A DNA stretch of 64,000 bases from Octopus sinensis (Eukaryota). The stretch spans positions 47,492,001-47,556,000 of the forward strand of contig NC_043010.1 of NCBI RefSeq assembly GCF_006345805.1. Reading direction: 5' to 3'. The notes below the pieces were generated by a model, which did not search any database, had not been told where the DNA came from, and saw only the letters and a program-made list of their open reading frames with translations. Position numbers and translations under genes: made by a program. Of this stretch, positions 51,396 to 64,000 are shown piece after piece; position 1 is the stretch's first letter; every line of letters begins with the position of its first letter.

Positions 51396-51823
51396 GGATC
51401 TTTTCGGTTTGAACGGCAGTTTTTTAAAAATAATTTCCACGTAACTAAACACTTTTAAACTTCGTATACTGGTAGAATGTGTTTATAAAACATCTTTTTC
51501 TCTTGGCTTTATTGAGAAAATTCTATAGTTTGTAAGATATTTGTTGTTGTTTTTTCTTCAATTTCTGCAATTTCAACCAATCACTGACGTCTATTGAGGT
51601 AAAAAAATTCTGTACCGTATGAATATGTCCCTCGTTTAAGAAACTGATTAGGTTTATTTACATTTGTGAAGAAAAAAAGATACCCTTCCCCCACCCCTAA
51701 CCCTAACTAACCCTAACCCTAAAACAGATTGAAATGCAATAGATCGATACTAGGGTCATAATTATGGATGACAATTTCATATGACACCGCTAGAAAAAAC
51801 TGCCGTTCAAACCGAAAAGATCC
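51396..51823. mobile_element. Family A TIR element flanked by a 74-bp direct duplication
   Basis: Same TIRs and CCCTAA array as 61383-61777; 51322-51395 is repeated at 51824-51897. Confidence 0.9.
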
Positions 51824-53062
51824 GACTGACTTCATGTTGGGTGAAAAAGAAAAAGTAATCAGTTAAAAGTATCAGGAATAACTAGGGTAAGGTAAATTTA
51901 AAACTTATTGAGATGAGATAATGCATAATTGATATGGAGTGCTCGTATATCTAATTCATGTTTCTGTAGAAACACGGCGTTAAGATGGCAGCTGCAAGGA
52001 TGATGTATGTATGTGCAGAAAATAGCTTTCGTGATCTCGTCTGACATTCTTCAAATCGTAGTGCAAATCGATGGAGCGTAGGATAAAATGCCTTGTGGTA
52101 TTTGTTCCGGCTTTCTGCTCTCTGATTTCAAATCTCATAGATCAACTTTGCCGTTCGTGTTTTCAGGAGCGAATCTTATCGTTTCTCTTTTTCGAGAAGA
52201 GATGGGCTGTGGTTAGACGGATTTAAATGCGCATTCTAATATTACGACGTCGTTCCTACAACTAACACTATCAGCAATTGAAAGGCTGAAGTTGAAACGC
52301 GGCCTTATCGCATCGTCTGAAAAAACTACATATTTATTATACATGTCCATGTTAATACTCAACCGTTTACACATTAATTTCACGAGTAGAAGAATTCAGT
52401 TGACTGAGCAATTGAATGATCATCGTCGCAACTGACGGAGAACCTACCAGTAAAAAGAAAACTGCTGAAACTGAGTGCTGGGAAACTGTGTTGATAGGTT
52501 AGGGAGATAGCAAAACGCTTGTTAAGTTAATGTAAACATATATAATATAGGGAACATTAAAAGGCTAATTTAGAAATTATTTCAAGTGAGAAAAAGCTTA
52601 TATAGGTCAATGACTAATATCTTAATTATTTCATTATATAGATAGTACGATGAAAGGTGAATATTTACATAGTAATTCTAAATGATGGCAAATAAGATAT
52701 ACAAGTTAAATTCATTACAGAAGCTACTTGATTTCACCGATCGCCTATCTCAAAGATATGTATGTATATAAAAGGGATCAAAGGTGACACTAATAGGCTT
52801 ATAAATTGATATAAAGGGATAAGTATTTTGGGGGACTAATAATAGATACAATAATAAAAGGTCATTATCGAACCAGAAATAAAATTTCATTCACTACTTG
52901 AGATGTTATCAGTTCGTTAAACAGCAAACGGTACACATAATCACATAATTGTGCTGGTTTTTCGGTACGAGATAAAAATAAAATTAACATATGTGATAAA
53001 GATATGATGGACTGTTCATCCCTGTCTCACCGTTTCTCTCATATACACGCACGAGCGCGCGC

Positions 53063-53565
53063 ACACACATTGGCCTGCTCGCCAAGCCAGCGGGGTGGCA
53101 TCATTCGAAAGCTTAAACGATACTAGCGCATCGTGACCAGCGATGTATAACAACATCCAATAGTCTTAATACACACATACACACACGATAATAATAAATG
53201 CCAAAACGAATTTCTGTGCGTCAGTATGTCACACTCTAACCCGCTTCTCTCACTATTCAATGACACTTCAACTATTCCTCGTGTTAAGGTGAGAGTAATA
53301 GTAGGCATAGATACACACATTGGCCTGCTCGCCAAGCTAGCGGGTGGCATCATTCGAAAGCTTAAACGATACTAGCGCATCGTGACCAGCGATGTATAAC
53401 AACATCCGATAATCTTAATACACACACACACACACACACAATAATAATAAATGCCAAAACGAATTTCTGTGTGCCAGTATGTCACTCTTTCATCCCCTCT
53501 CTCACTATTCAATGACATTTCTACTATTCCTCATGTTGAGGTGAGAGTAATAGTAGGCATAGAGA
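53063..53565 (+). repeat. Tandem duplication of ~250 bp
   Basis: acacacattggcctgctcgccaag...gtaatagtaggcataga occurs twice consecutively. Confidence 0.85.
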
Positions 53566-54292
53566 CGGTGAGGGTGGTAGTAAATTGATGGTTGTGATGG
53601 TAATGGAAAGATAGTAATAGTATGAACTGTAGTTGTGATAGAGGCGACGGTGATGATGGTGGTGGTAGTGGTTGCCGAGGAGGTCAGGCATGACGGTGAT
53701 AGTAAGCGATGTGAAAGACAGTGGTGTTGGTAGCGGAGGGGAAGGCGGCGAAGCCAAAGGTATTGATGGTGGTGGTGTCAGAAGTCTGAATGGTGTATGT
53801 ATGGCAGTTGTGGTGGTACTGGGATGGTGATGGTTGAAAACAATCTACAGAAAGAGAGAAAGAAAGACGTTAGAAAGAAATTGAACTGACCCCCGAATGG
53901 GAAGTCAAAAATTTTTTATCATGCAGCTTTGCAATAAGTTCCAAGTCAACAAATTATATCATTGTTTTGATGAGAATTGTTCATTGCTTCAAAAATATTG
54001 TTCAAGTTTAATCAAATCTAATATGCATGAAGTATCATTTTTGGTCCCAAGGCCCAATGAAGAGTCTTCTACGCTAGTATATATATATGTGTGTGTGTGT
54101 GTATACACACGCTCGAGTTTTGGTATAGCTTTCTTTGTTACATACATAAACACATGCGCACACAAACTCATATATACCTCCGCTCTCTACACACGATCTA
54201 CACCTTATCTTGGGCCCCGGGCTGACAAAAGCCTTGCAAGTAGATTTGGGAGACGCGAACTGAAATAAGCCCGTCACATACACACACATGTA

Positions 54293-54323
<31 letters not shown>

Positions 54324-54615
54324 GCTTTTGTGTATTGAGTCTGTGTGTTTTTATCTCATTGTCTTGTTGTATCATGATAGTTGTAAATAAGTGTCACTGT
54401 CACAAGCGGTGTCAGTCATATCCAATATTCCCTGAGAGCATGTCAGGCCATGGGAAGTATTATCTTGCTTTGCAAAGAGTGAAGACTGGCGACAAGTAAG
54501 GTCATCCGGCCGTAGAAAATCTGCTTCAAATTCCGTCCGACCCATGCAAGCGTGGAAAATGGACGTTAAGCGATGATGATGATGATGATGACAATGACTG
54601 ATAGAAGTACCATTG

Positions 54616-55033
54616 GATCTTTACCTTTTGACCTACAGATTTTAAAAATAATTTTTTGTAACTAAACACTTTCAAACTTCAGACACTGGTAGAATGTGTC
54701 ATATAAAACATTTTTACTCTTGGAATTTTTGAGAAAAACTTATATTTACGAAGATATTTCACGTTAAATTTTTCGTATTTCGGTAATTTCAACCAATCAA
54801 TTATGTGTATTCAGCTGAATAAAGTTACTGCCGTTGTTTGTCAACTTCCGGCGGTGTATATTTCGTTTGTCACTGTTATTTATGACAACCCTAACCCTAA
54901 AACCCTAACCCTAAAACCTTAACCCTAACCTTAACCCTAAAACCTTAAAACCAGTACAAACGCACGAACGATGTCATCAATAACGAAAAATACACCCCCG
55001 ATAGTTGTTGTTGACAAACAACGGCAGTAATTT
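54616..55033. mobile_element. Family A'' fold-back element, right-truncated, with a long CCCTAA-type array (~54888-54950)
   Basis: Starts GGATCTTTACC; inner arms TTACTGCCGTTGTTTGTCAAC are inverted around the array. Confidence 0.7.
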
Positions 55034-55096
55034 TATACATGTATATACACACACATAAGTAATGTTTATTACCACTTAAATATGACTATTCCGTAG

Positions 55097-55321
55097 GAAC
55101 CGACGTTGCAATCTGTACCCGATATATATTGCAAACAAGGGAGTGAACCCCTACTAACTTCCAACCATGAGACCACCAGACCGTACGGTTTCGACTTCTT
55201 AGCATCGAATAACGGTTGGTGGAAGCGTTCTCCTGAAGTTAAAAATAACAGTAACGCCGGGATACCAAACCAATCTCAGGAACCTGCAACCACATCTTTT
55301 GATTGTCTGCACTCTTGTTAA
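55097..55321 (+). CDS. Terminal exon of the putative secreted protein (EPTLQSVPDIYCKQG...YGFDFLASNNGWWKR...FDCLHSC*)
   Basis: Acceptor actattccgtAG; phase 0 matches exon 2; 74 open codons to TAA. Confidence 0.6.
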   Translation, partial: EPTLQSVPDIYCKQGSEPLLTSNHETTRPYGFDFLASNNGWWKRSPEVKNNSNAGIPNQSQEPATTSFDCLHSC

Positions 55322-58247
55322 CACCATTCCTTGGGTTGCTGTAGCTCGAATTTCGGTGCCCTTACAAATATATCTTTTTAAAATATTTCACAAGGTGTAA
55401 AACCTGCAAATCTAGGAATGAAGCGTTTATTTCTGTTTATGTAAAGAGTAAAACGTTTGCCTTATTTATTATTTTCATCTTCCTCTCCAAACACCAAGGC
55501 ATCCTCAAATGCGTAACACCTCAGGCGACCACCCTAGTAACCGTTATCCGTAGTCGGCCGTACTTTTGTTAATGGAATTTTATACACTTGCAGGGGCCAT
55601 TAACACCTTAACAAAAGCATATGTTGGTTACAAACCACACCGTGAAATTTCCTCAGGTGAAAAGAAAAAAAAGAAAAGAAAAAGAGGCGGTGCTCCAGCA
55701 TGGCCGCAGTCACATGACTGAAACAAGTAAAAGAGTAAAAAGAGAGAGAGTCTACAATATCCTTTTCTACTCTAGGCACAAGGCCCGAAATTTTGGAGGA
55801 GGGGACCAGTTGATTAGATCGATCCCAGTACACAACTGGTACTTAATTTATTGACCCCGAAAAGATGAAAGGCAAAGTCTACCTCGGCGGAATTTGAACT
55901 CAGAACGTAAAGACAGACGAAATACTGCTAAGCATTTTGCCCAGCGTGCTACAATATCGTACGAGTCAGCTACATTTATTATTATTTTTATTTATGAGCC
56001 CTTTTCAAGCCTAGCCAGGCTCTTGGGGCCTGTCTCCCAGTTTCTGTGGCGTATGTGTTTCCCCCAGATGGACGGGACGCCAATCCATCGCAGCGTTACC
56101 CAAGAAACAGTGAGAGAAAGTTGGGGCGAAAGAGTACAACAGGAGTCGCCATCACCCCCTGCCGGAGCCTTGTGGAGCTTTAGGTGTTTTCGCTCAATAA
56201 ACACACACAACGCCCGGTCTAGGAATCGAAACCGCGATCCTCTGCCCTAACCACTGGGCCATTGCACCTCCACACGAGTCTGCTACACTTACTATTAATC
56301 AAATACAAATACGTTTTGAGCAGATGGTTCATTGGTATCGTTTGTATGTGTGTTCTGTTTAAGAAGAGGGCGTGGATTGTTGTTTGGCATGTTGATGTTT
56401 ACTGACAACATAAATTATCACAGAATTTATTCTTAAAACTTTGCCAAATTTTGGAAAAACTGTTCTAACTTCTAATTATTTTTGGCTTGTTAGTTTTGTT
56501 ATAGCCTTCACAGCCAAGGCCATGCCGGAAAACCTTTTCAAATGTTGATCAATTTGAAATTAAAATACTCTAATTCACTAATTTTCCACCTAACTCAATT
56601 TGAAATACTTTAAAATGGAATGTACAGACGATCATCTCATTAATTCAGTGGAATTTTTTCTCTTGATGTTGCGGAACCAAAAAGTTGTAGGATGTGTACT
56701 TCGTGACACGTGGCGACTACATGAAATTTTAAATTTGGTAGATGCTCTTGCTTTTTTTTTTTTTTTTTATCTCACCACCACAACCATGGTGTGTGCGTAC
56801 GTGTGCGCGTATGTGTGTATGTGTGTGTGTGTGAAAATAGTACAAAGTCAATTAGGCGTATCATGTACAATGTAAATTAGTTTTATTTGCTAGACAATAA
56901 TAGATTGTGAAATCATGCATCTCTTACTGTCTCTGGGTGTCTCTCTCGCTCTCTCTGTCTGTCTCTCTGCTCTCCTGTCTGTCTGTGTCTCTTTCTCTTC
57001 TTCTTTTTTTTGGATACATTTACGTTTGTTATTCTTTCATTTTTGTCACGTGAAAGGAAGAGGATAGCTGATTTAGTAGAATGACTGACACTTAATGTTA
57101 TTCAGTGTATCTGCCCTATGTTACTGAGTTGAAATTACGTAGGAGTTTTCTGTCATAGCCTTCGAATTTGTTGTCGTCGTCATGAGCAAACAAACTTATA
57201 TCACACAGCTATGCATGTGGTGTACTTTTTTTTTAAGAAAGCTTTTCGTCAAATTTAGACCATACCATGAAGTTAGGTTGCTAAGTCGTACTTGCAATAG
57301 TGCTTGGCAATACGACACTTTTCTTCAAATCCACCTGCCCTTTAGTGTACCTTATGCTCCTAACGTTGACATTTCTCAGTCTCCTTGTGGAAAATTTTAG
57401 GATGTAACCGTTGTTGATCCTCATTGCATTGATGCCTCTCTCTCTTTTTTTTTCATATTGCGGTAGCAAAGATAGTCAGGACTTGGAATATTATGCAGTA
57501 GATAAAGCGGCGAGCTGGCACGCCAGGCGAAATGCTTAGCGGCATTTCATCCGTCTTCATGTTCAGAGTTCAAAATTCCACCGAGGTTGACTTTGCCTTT
57601 CATCCTTTCACTAAGTACCAGTTGATCTGGGTTCATGTAATCGACTTACTCCCTCGCCCCGAAATTGCTGGTCTTGTGCCGAAATTTGAAACCAATATCA
57701 TAAAAAATGCCAACAAGGCTTTGATGTTGAATTTTTACTTAAGCTCTGTAGAGAGTTAGCATCAGATCGGAACTGGAATATTTCTTGGCTTTAGAAAGGA
57801 ATATAGTTTTTGTGGTGCAGTATTATTTATGTATGTATGGTTGCTCTAAGACGTTATCAAAGCATCTTGCGAGCTCATGCCCACCACGGGAGTTTTGGTC
57901 GTTGTTTCTTGTAGATACTTCAACCACAAAGAGGCTCAGCTGTACCAATCAAAGTTCAGGCCGATTCTTTAGTGTACACCTCCCCTCCAGAAAGCCTGAC
58001 CTTTGTAACAACCTTGAAATATTTTCACAAACATACGCGCAGGCGTGACTGCATAGCAAGGAGTTTGTTTCCATGGTTTCCAGTTCAGTCACTCTGCATG
58101 GCACCTTGAGCAGATGTCTTATAGTCTCAAGCTGACCAAAGTGGATTTCGTAGGCGGAAACTAAAAGAAGTCTTTCGTGTATGCGTATGTGCATATATAT
58201 ACATACACACACTATATATATATATTAGGTTGGTGCATAATTATATG

Positions 58248-58314
<67 letters not shown>

Positions 58315-58343
58315 GTATAGATGTATGTACATATATGTATATA

Positions 58344-58379
<36 letters not shown>

Positions 58380-58531
58380 TACTTGGAGAAAAGAAAAACG
58401 AAACGACGCGATGGCGCTCAGTCATACAATAATGTAATAAATAAAATATATGCATACATACATATATGTACGTACCTACATCTACATGTATATATATATA
58501 TATATATATAATATATATATATATATATTAT

Positions 58532-58564
<33 letters not shown>

Positions 58565-58568
<4 letters not shown>

Positions 58569-59400
58569 GAGTACAGGACACCACAAATAAACGTAGAACA
58601 CAACGAGAAACGAAAACATAAAAACAACTAGGAAGCAGACTTTATTTAACAACGAAAAAACAGAGTACAAGACAAACAATACAAGGAATATTCCCCTTCA
58701 TCAGCTGTCCCTGGATCGACTCAATGCGTGTTTTCTTGTTTTCTTTTACCTCCTCTTCTATTATTGTATCCTATTACTCTTTCTTTTATTATTCTACCTC
58801 CCCATCTCCCCCTCCTGTTTTTTCTCATCCTATCTCCAATTTTTTCCTCTCCCCCTCCACAATTATCTGTCTGTCTCTCTCTCCCTCACTCTCCCTCCCA
58901 TGCTCACGTGGCTCCCACGTGACCATTGGGTATCTTTCTTCTCCTAACTTGTGTTTCTTTCTCTCCGTTGTAGCTGGATCAAGGAAGACGTGTTCTTGTC
59001 TGTCTCCTGTCCAAGCTTGATTTACGCGTTCACCACTACAACCTTGTTTAGGCTTAGCAGCCCTTCCTGTTTGCTTTCACTGTCCTGTTTGTGTTACCAA
59101 TTTTGACCCTCCTCAAAATCCCAAATTTTATTTAATTTGCTTTGCGTGAACAACTGTTTTATATTGCTGTTAAATGCTCGAAATGCGAGAGTAGAAAAAC
59201 AGCCAACAACTGATGAAGGGTCGTTCTTTGTGTTGTTTGCCTTGTTTTCCATTTGTGTCTTTCGTTGTTCGAAAAAATAGTTCATATACTCGTACTTCGT
59301 ATTTTTTGTTGTACACTTTTCGTGACGTCCTGTGCCCACAAATGCAATGAAGACTAATACCAAATCCATCTTCTGTTTCCTTAATCTATTATCATATATA
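58565..59400. mobile_element. Probable PLE pLTR-type inverted insert between TA microsatellites
   Basis: Both ends carry outward-facing CTGATGAAGG(G)...GTCCTGT(A/G)C segments; no complete HHR could be assembled. Confidence 0.45.
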
Positions 59401-59467
59401 TATATATATATATGTGTACACACACACAGACACACACACAAACACACACACACACAGACACACACAC

Positions 59468-59520
<53 letters not shown>

Positions 59521-60819
59521 GTACATATGCATGTATATATATATATATATATGTACATATGCATGTATATATATATATATGTTAACATACATTTAATGTG
59601 TGTGTGTGTATGCATTCACACAGACATATTTTCCTAAATTTATTTTATACGTGATCGTTAATATTTATGCAAAGATAGCTAGTTCCGTAGGCAAGTCGTG
59701 TCTCTTTGTGGCATCTAGATACACTATCGCAACGTTCACGTTACCGTCGATAAAATTAGTATGCTCTCTCACTGCAATATTTATTTAGGTATAGCTTGGC
59801 AACGCAATGAGACCTGTGATCCCTAAGGAAGTAACAAGGTCCTTTTGTTAAAACTTAGAACATATCAGACACGTGTGTACCTATGTGTATGTGCATGCGT
59901 GTATATAAATATGTACAGACTTCAATGCGTGTCTCTTGAGTTTATTCAAATAAGAAAAATTTACAGATATTGTACGTATCTTTACTGTCAAACTGACTAA
60001 TTTCATTTTTAGTTTTATTTTACATTTTTGTCTTTTCACGTTTAAATCTGTTTCAGTCCTTGGGTGACGGTCGTGCTGGGACATCACCTTAAAGAATTTT
60101 GTCAAACAACTTCACCCTGATTCTTCTTTCTTTCTTTCTTTTTTAAGAATCCTGGTATTTGCTGTATCGTGCTTACGTGCCGAACCACTAAGTTACGAGG
60201 ACATAAACAAACCAAAATCGGTTGTCAAACGGTGATGGAGAATAAACACAACACAAATACATAGACACACACATATCTACACCCACATTTCCAACCCCAA
60301 CTCCTTACCCATATGTGTGTATGTGTGCTTCTGTGTATATAAATACATATATGTATGTGTATATACATACATTCATACATGCATACATACATACATACAT
60401 ACATACATACATACATACATACATACATACATACATACATACGTACGAACATACATTCATACATACGTACGTACGTACATACATAAATACATACATATAT
60501 ATGATCTAACTTCTTAAACTTATTAGTAATTCGTCTCCTTCATTTCAAGAAATATGTTAAGCTTTGTAGTATAAAGCTCATAAAGTCCTGAGATTCTGCC
60601 CCATATAGTTGAAACTGATGGCCAATTCGTAGCATATGACCCTACCTAAATGCTTAGAATTATTAATCACCTACAGGCATGAATCGAAACATCTGTCATT
60701 TCTTTTAGAGCTTTTATAAATTATAATTTATTTGTATTGTTTTTATAAAAACATCTCATTATATCATACAAATAAATCATTTATGCGTCCATAATTTTCC
60801 ATTTTCTTCCATTCATCAT

Positions 60820-60897
<78 letters not shown>

Positions 60898-60949
60898 ATA
60901 CATACAAATATATACATACATACATATATATATGCATAAATATTGGGAG

Positions 60950-61360
60950 AGTCGGCCAGTCGATTAGATCGATCCCAGTACGCAACTGGTACACTTAATT
61001 TATCGACCCTGAAAGGATGAAAGGCAAAGTCGACCTCGGCGGAATTTGAACTCGGAACGTAAAGACAGACGATATATCGCTAAGCATTTTGCCCGACGTG
61101 CTAACGTTTCAGCCAGCTCGCTGCCTTTCAATAATAATAACAATCCTTTCTACTATGGGCACAAGGCCTGAAATTTGGGAGAGGGGAATTATCGATTACA
61201 TCAACCCCAGTGAGTAACTGGTACTTATTTTTTCGACCCCGAAAGGATGAAAGACAAAGTCGACTTCGGCGGAATTTGAACTCAGAACATGAAGACGAAT
61301 GAAATGCCGCTAAGCATTTTATCTGGCGTGCTAACGATTTTGCTACATCGCTGCCTTCCC
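60950..61360 (-). mobile_element. tRNA-derived SINE family S2 (central GCCTTTCATCCTTTCGGGGTCGATAAA domain), two adjacent copies; many others at 34.8-35.2, 40.0-40.66, 49.0, 55.8 and 57.5 kb
   Basis: Repeated homology across the window; tRNA-like head GGCGAGCTGGCAGAA..GAGTTCAAATTCC. Confidence 0.85.
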
Positions 61361-61382
61361 CGTTGCAAAATATTAGCAAACC

Positions 61383-61777
61383 GGATCTTTTCGGTTTGAA
61401 CGGCAGTTTTTAAAAATAATTTCCATGTAACTAAACACTTTTAAACTTCGTATAGTGGTAGAATGTGTTTTTAAAACATCTTTTTCTCTTGGCTTTATTG
61501 AGAAAATTCTATAGTTTGTAAGATATTTGTTGTTTTTTTTTCTTCAATTTCTGCAATTTCAACCAATCAATGACGTTTGTTGAGGTGAAAACATTCTGTC
61601 CTATGAATATGTCCCTCGTTTAAGAAACAGATTGGGTTTATTTACATTTGTGAAGAAAAAAAGATACCCTTCCACCCACCCCTAACCCTAACTAACCCTA
61701 ATCCTAGGGTCATAATTATGGGTGACAATTTCATATGACACCGCTAGAAAAAACTGCCGTTCAAACCGAAAAGATCC
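61383..61777. mobile_element. Telomeric-repeat-containing TIR element, family A
   Basis: TIR GGATCTTTTCGGTTTGAACGGCAG; 8-bp TSD agcaaacc; internal CCCTAA repeats ~61680-61705. Confidence 0.9.
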
Positions 61778-62353
61778 AGCAAACCTTTTACTTTCCGCTC
61801 TTCTCGTGTGTAGCTGGCATCTAGTTTATTGCTATTTTCATCTTATATAATAATCTGCTTGTTCGTTCACTCGTCATACATTAGTTTGAGAGGTAAACGT
61901 GGAGTAAATGAGAGGTGGAATAAGAGAGAGAGAGAGAGCGGGAGGCATGAAGAATGAAGAGAGGAAGGTGATTAATATTAATACGCTTAGACCAAATGGT
62001 CACGTGGTCAGCTGAAGGTAGAGGAACGATGGATGAGAGGAAAAGGAAAGAGAGAAGTGTTAACGACGTGCAGTGGGGTGGAGGAATATACTTATTACCT
62101 GGTTAAAAGTTAGCTGAAGGGAAAGGTAGAAAGAGAGATGGACAGGGGAGGCAGTTATATTGGGAGAGAGAGAGAAAGAGAGAGAGGCAGATAGCAGTGG
62201 TGGTGGTGGTGATGCGTATTTTTTTAATGAATTCTTTTGCAGCGATTATCGCATACGCATAAGTGCAATTATTTATCGTCTGCTCGCTTAAGAAATTGAT
62301 ATTTGTTTATAAGGGTTAATTTAGCCTAAACTTTGGATTCGTAAGAAACATCG

Positions 62354-62866
62354 GGCAAGACTTCCTATTGTACCCCACCCAAAAAACACCCACTTTTTTT
62401 AATATTTAATTTTATCTTTCTACGCAAATCCCCGTTTTCGGCTACGGAGAATACGAATCTGCAAAAAAAAAATAAAAATAAAATAAACAAAAAAAAAACC
62501 AAGGCAAAAATCGGTATTTGGAAATTACCCTCCTAATTTCTTCATTTTTAACTTTTTTCAGAAATTTTTTCAAAATATGCGGAAAAACACGGAGATTATG
62601 ATTCTGAAAAAAATTTCCCAAAATTTTTGTGGTTAGGGTTGGGGTTTTAGGGTTAGGGTTTTAGGGTTAGTGTTTTAGGGTTAGGTTTAGGGAAAAAGTG
62701 AAAAAAATGAAGAAATTGGGAGGGTGGGGTTAGGGTTAGGAGGGGCTGAAATTTCAAAATGCCGATTTTTGGCAATTTTCCGGAATCTCCGTATCCGAAA
62801 ATGGGGGTTTTGAGGAAAAAAAAGTTGCGAGAAAATGGGGGTGGGGTGACGGGAGGAAGTCTTTCC
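62354..62866. mobile_element. Family C telomeric TIR element (half copy at ~28821-29100)
   Basis: TIR GG(A/C)AAGACTTCC; degenerate 8-bp TSD aaacatcg/aaataccg; TTAGGG-type array ~62633-62745. Confidence 0.75.
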
Positions 62867-63318
62867 AAATACCGTTGCAAGCTGCCCGAGAAAAGTTGCG
62901 CAAATATGGAGCACAGGTCAGAGGGGAACGGCGAGAAAATAGAAATAGAGAACAATGACAACACCGACGGAGATGTGAGGAAATGAATGTAGACGAACGT
63001 CAAGAATATTTAAAGAAAGCTGAACTATGAATGCTAAAGAAAATGCATATCATCCTTTCTTTCTAAATAAGTCCTCTTAATTTTTCTATTCCGTGGATTC
63101 TACACGTCTCCTACTAGTTTTAATTATGCAAAACACCCAATGCTTATACGTATCCTTTATTCTTTTTATATACGTCGAAGTCTTATGTATGGTTCCAGTC
63201 AATATAGAACAATAGCGGTGCTGATGATGGCTATCAAGACAGAAACGTGTTTACAACTGTCTGCTTACCTTAAGAAAAAAAAACCCATTTATGGCATCTT
63301 ACTTCAGGAAAATTGTTG

Positions 63319-63770
63319 GGATCTTTTCCTTTTGAACGGCACTTTTCAACACAATTTCTAGTTAACTAAACACTTTTAAACTTCGTATACTGGTAGAATG
63401 TGTCAAAATAAAACTTTTTTTTTTCTTGGCTTTCTTGAGAAAATTGTAATTTGTTTGTTTAACGTAGTTTAAATTTTCGAATTTTAACCAATCCAATGCC
63501 CTCTATTTAGCTAAAATCATTTGCTGCGTCTAAAACAGACAACATCCTGTCACTAACCCTAATCCTCACCCTAACCCTAAATTTTAGCCTTTCGTTTTTT
63601 TTTCTTAATTGTTAAATTAAACTACGTTAAACTTACAAATTACAATTTTCTCAAGAAAGCCAAGAGAAAAAAATGTTTTATTTTGACACATTCTACTAGT
63701 ATACGAAGTTTAAAAGTGTTTAGTTAACTAGAAATTGTGTTGAAAACTTCCATTCAAAAGGAAAAGATCC
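63319..63770. mobile_element. Family A' long-TIR element with internal CCCTAA array; related half copy at ~29100-29418
   Basis: TIR GGATCTTTTCCTTTTGAA with ~150-bp arms; 8-bp TSD aattgttg. Confidence 0.9.
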
Positions 63771-64000
63771 AATTGTTGAATCCATTAGATTATCTCCTAT
63801 TCTTATTCGGAGGCGGTAGTAATTGCCACTAAGCATTTGTTTATCTTCTCCCGGAGCAATAAATCAAGAATTTACCTTGTGTTTTATTTAATATAACTTT
63901 TTTCGTCTTTATTGTGTAAATTCATGCAGCTGGTCATGTGTGCGTTAATAATATAAGCGTAGCTGTGTGGTAAGAAGTTTGCTACCCAACCACATGGTTC

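Noticed and set aside
58690-59230. CTGATGAAGG motifs at ~58700(-) and ~59210(+) as hammerheads
   Set aside because: No correctly placed GAAA, stem III or stem I could be assembled.
63262-63290. ttttttttcttaAG|GTAAGC on minus, resembling a recursive (zero-length exon) splice site
   Set aside because: No evidence of a host transcript here; such motifs arise by chance in AT-rich DNA.

Overview
AT-rich, repeat-dominated eukaryotic DNA. The SINE families look like octopus (coleoid cephalopod) SINEs; this is recognition from memory, not a database search. Most ORF-track entries are microsatellite or repeat noise. Two spliced genes can be partly rebuilt. (1) A minus-strand gene with five phase-compatible exons between 27.6 and 17.65 kb and further candidate exons downstream; protein not recognised. 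(2) A plus-strand three-exon gene (36722-55321) encoding a ~228-aa secreted protein of unknown family. The main signal is a cluster of type I hammerhead ribozyme (HHR) motifs: about 13 copies from six unrelated sequence families. Most sit in Penelope-like (PLE) pseudo-LTR-type inserts built as inverted repeats with two outward-facing 3' ends, usually joined to (TA)n. One is an ORF-less ~550-nt tandem array (retrozyme-like), one family carries a tRNA-like head, and one insert lies on a splice acceptor. The window also holds three or more families of GG...CC TIR elements with 8-bp TSDs and internal TTAGGG-type arrays. Other elements are a Tx1-like LINE whose 3' end matches a SINE tail, an RTE-like LINE with a twin-priming-type 5' inversion, and Helitron, mariner, hAT, pogo-like and CRE-like remnants. 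CpG decay of repeats changes near 29-31 kb.
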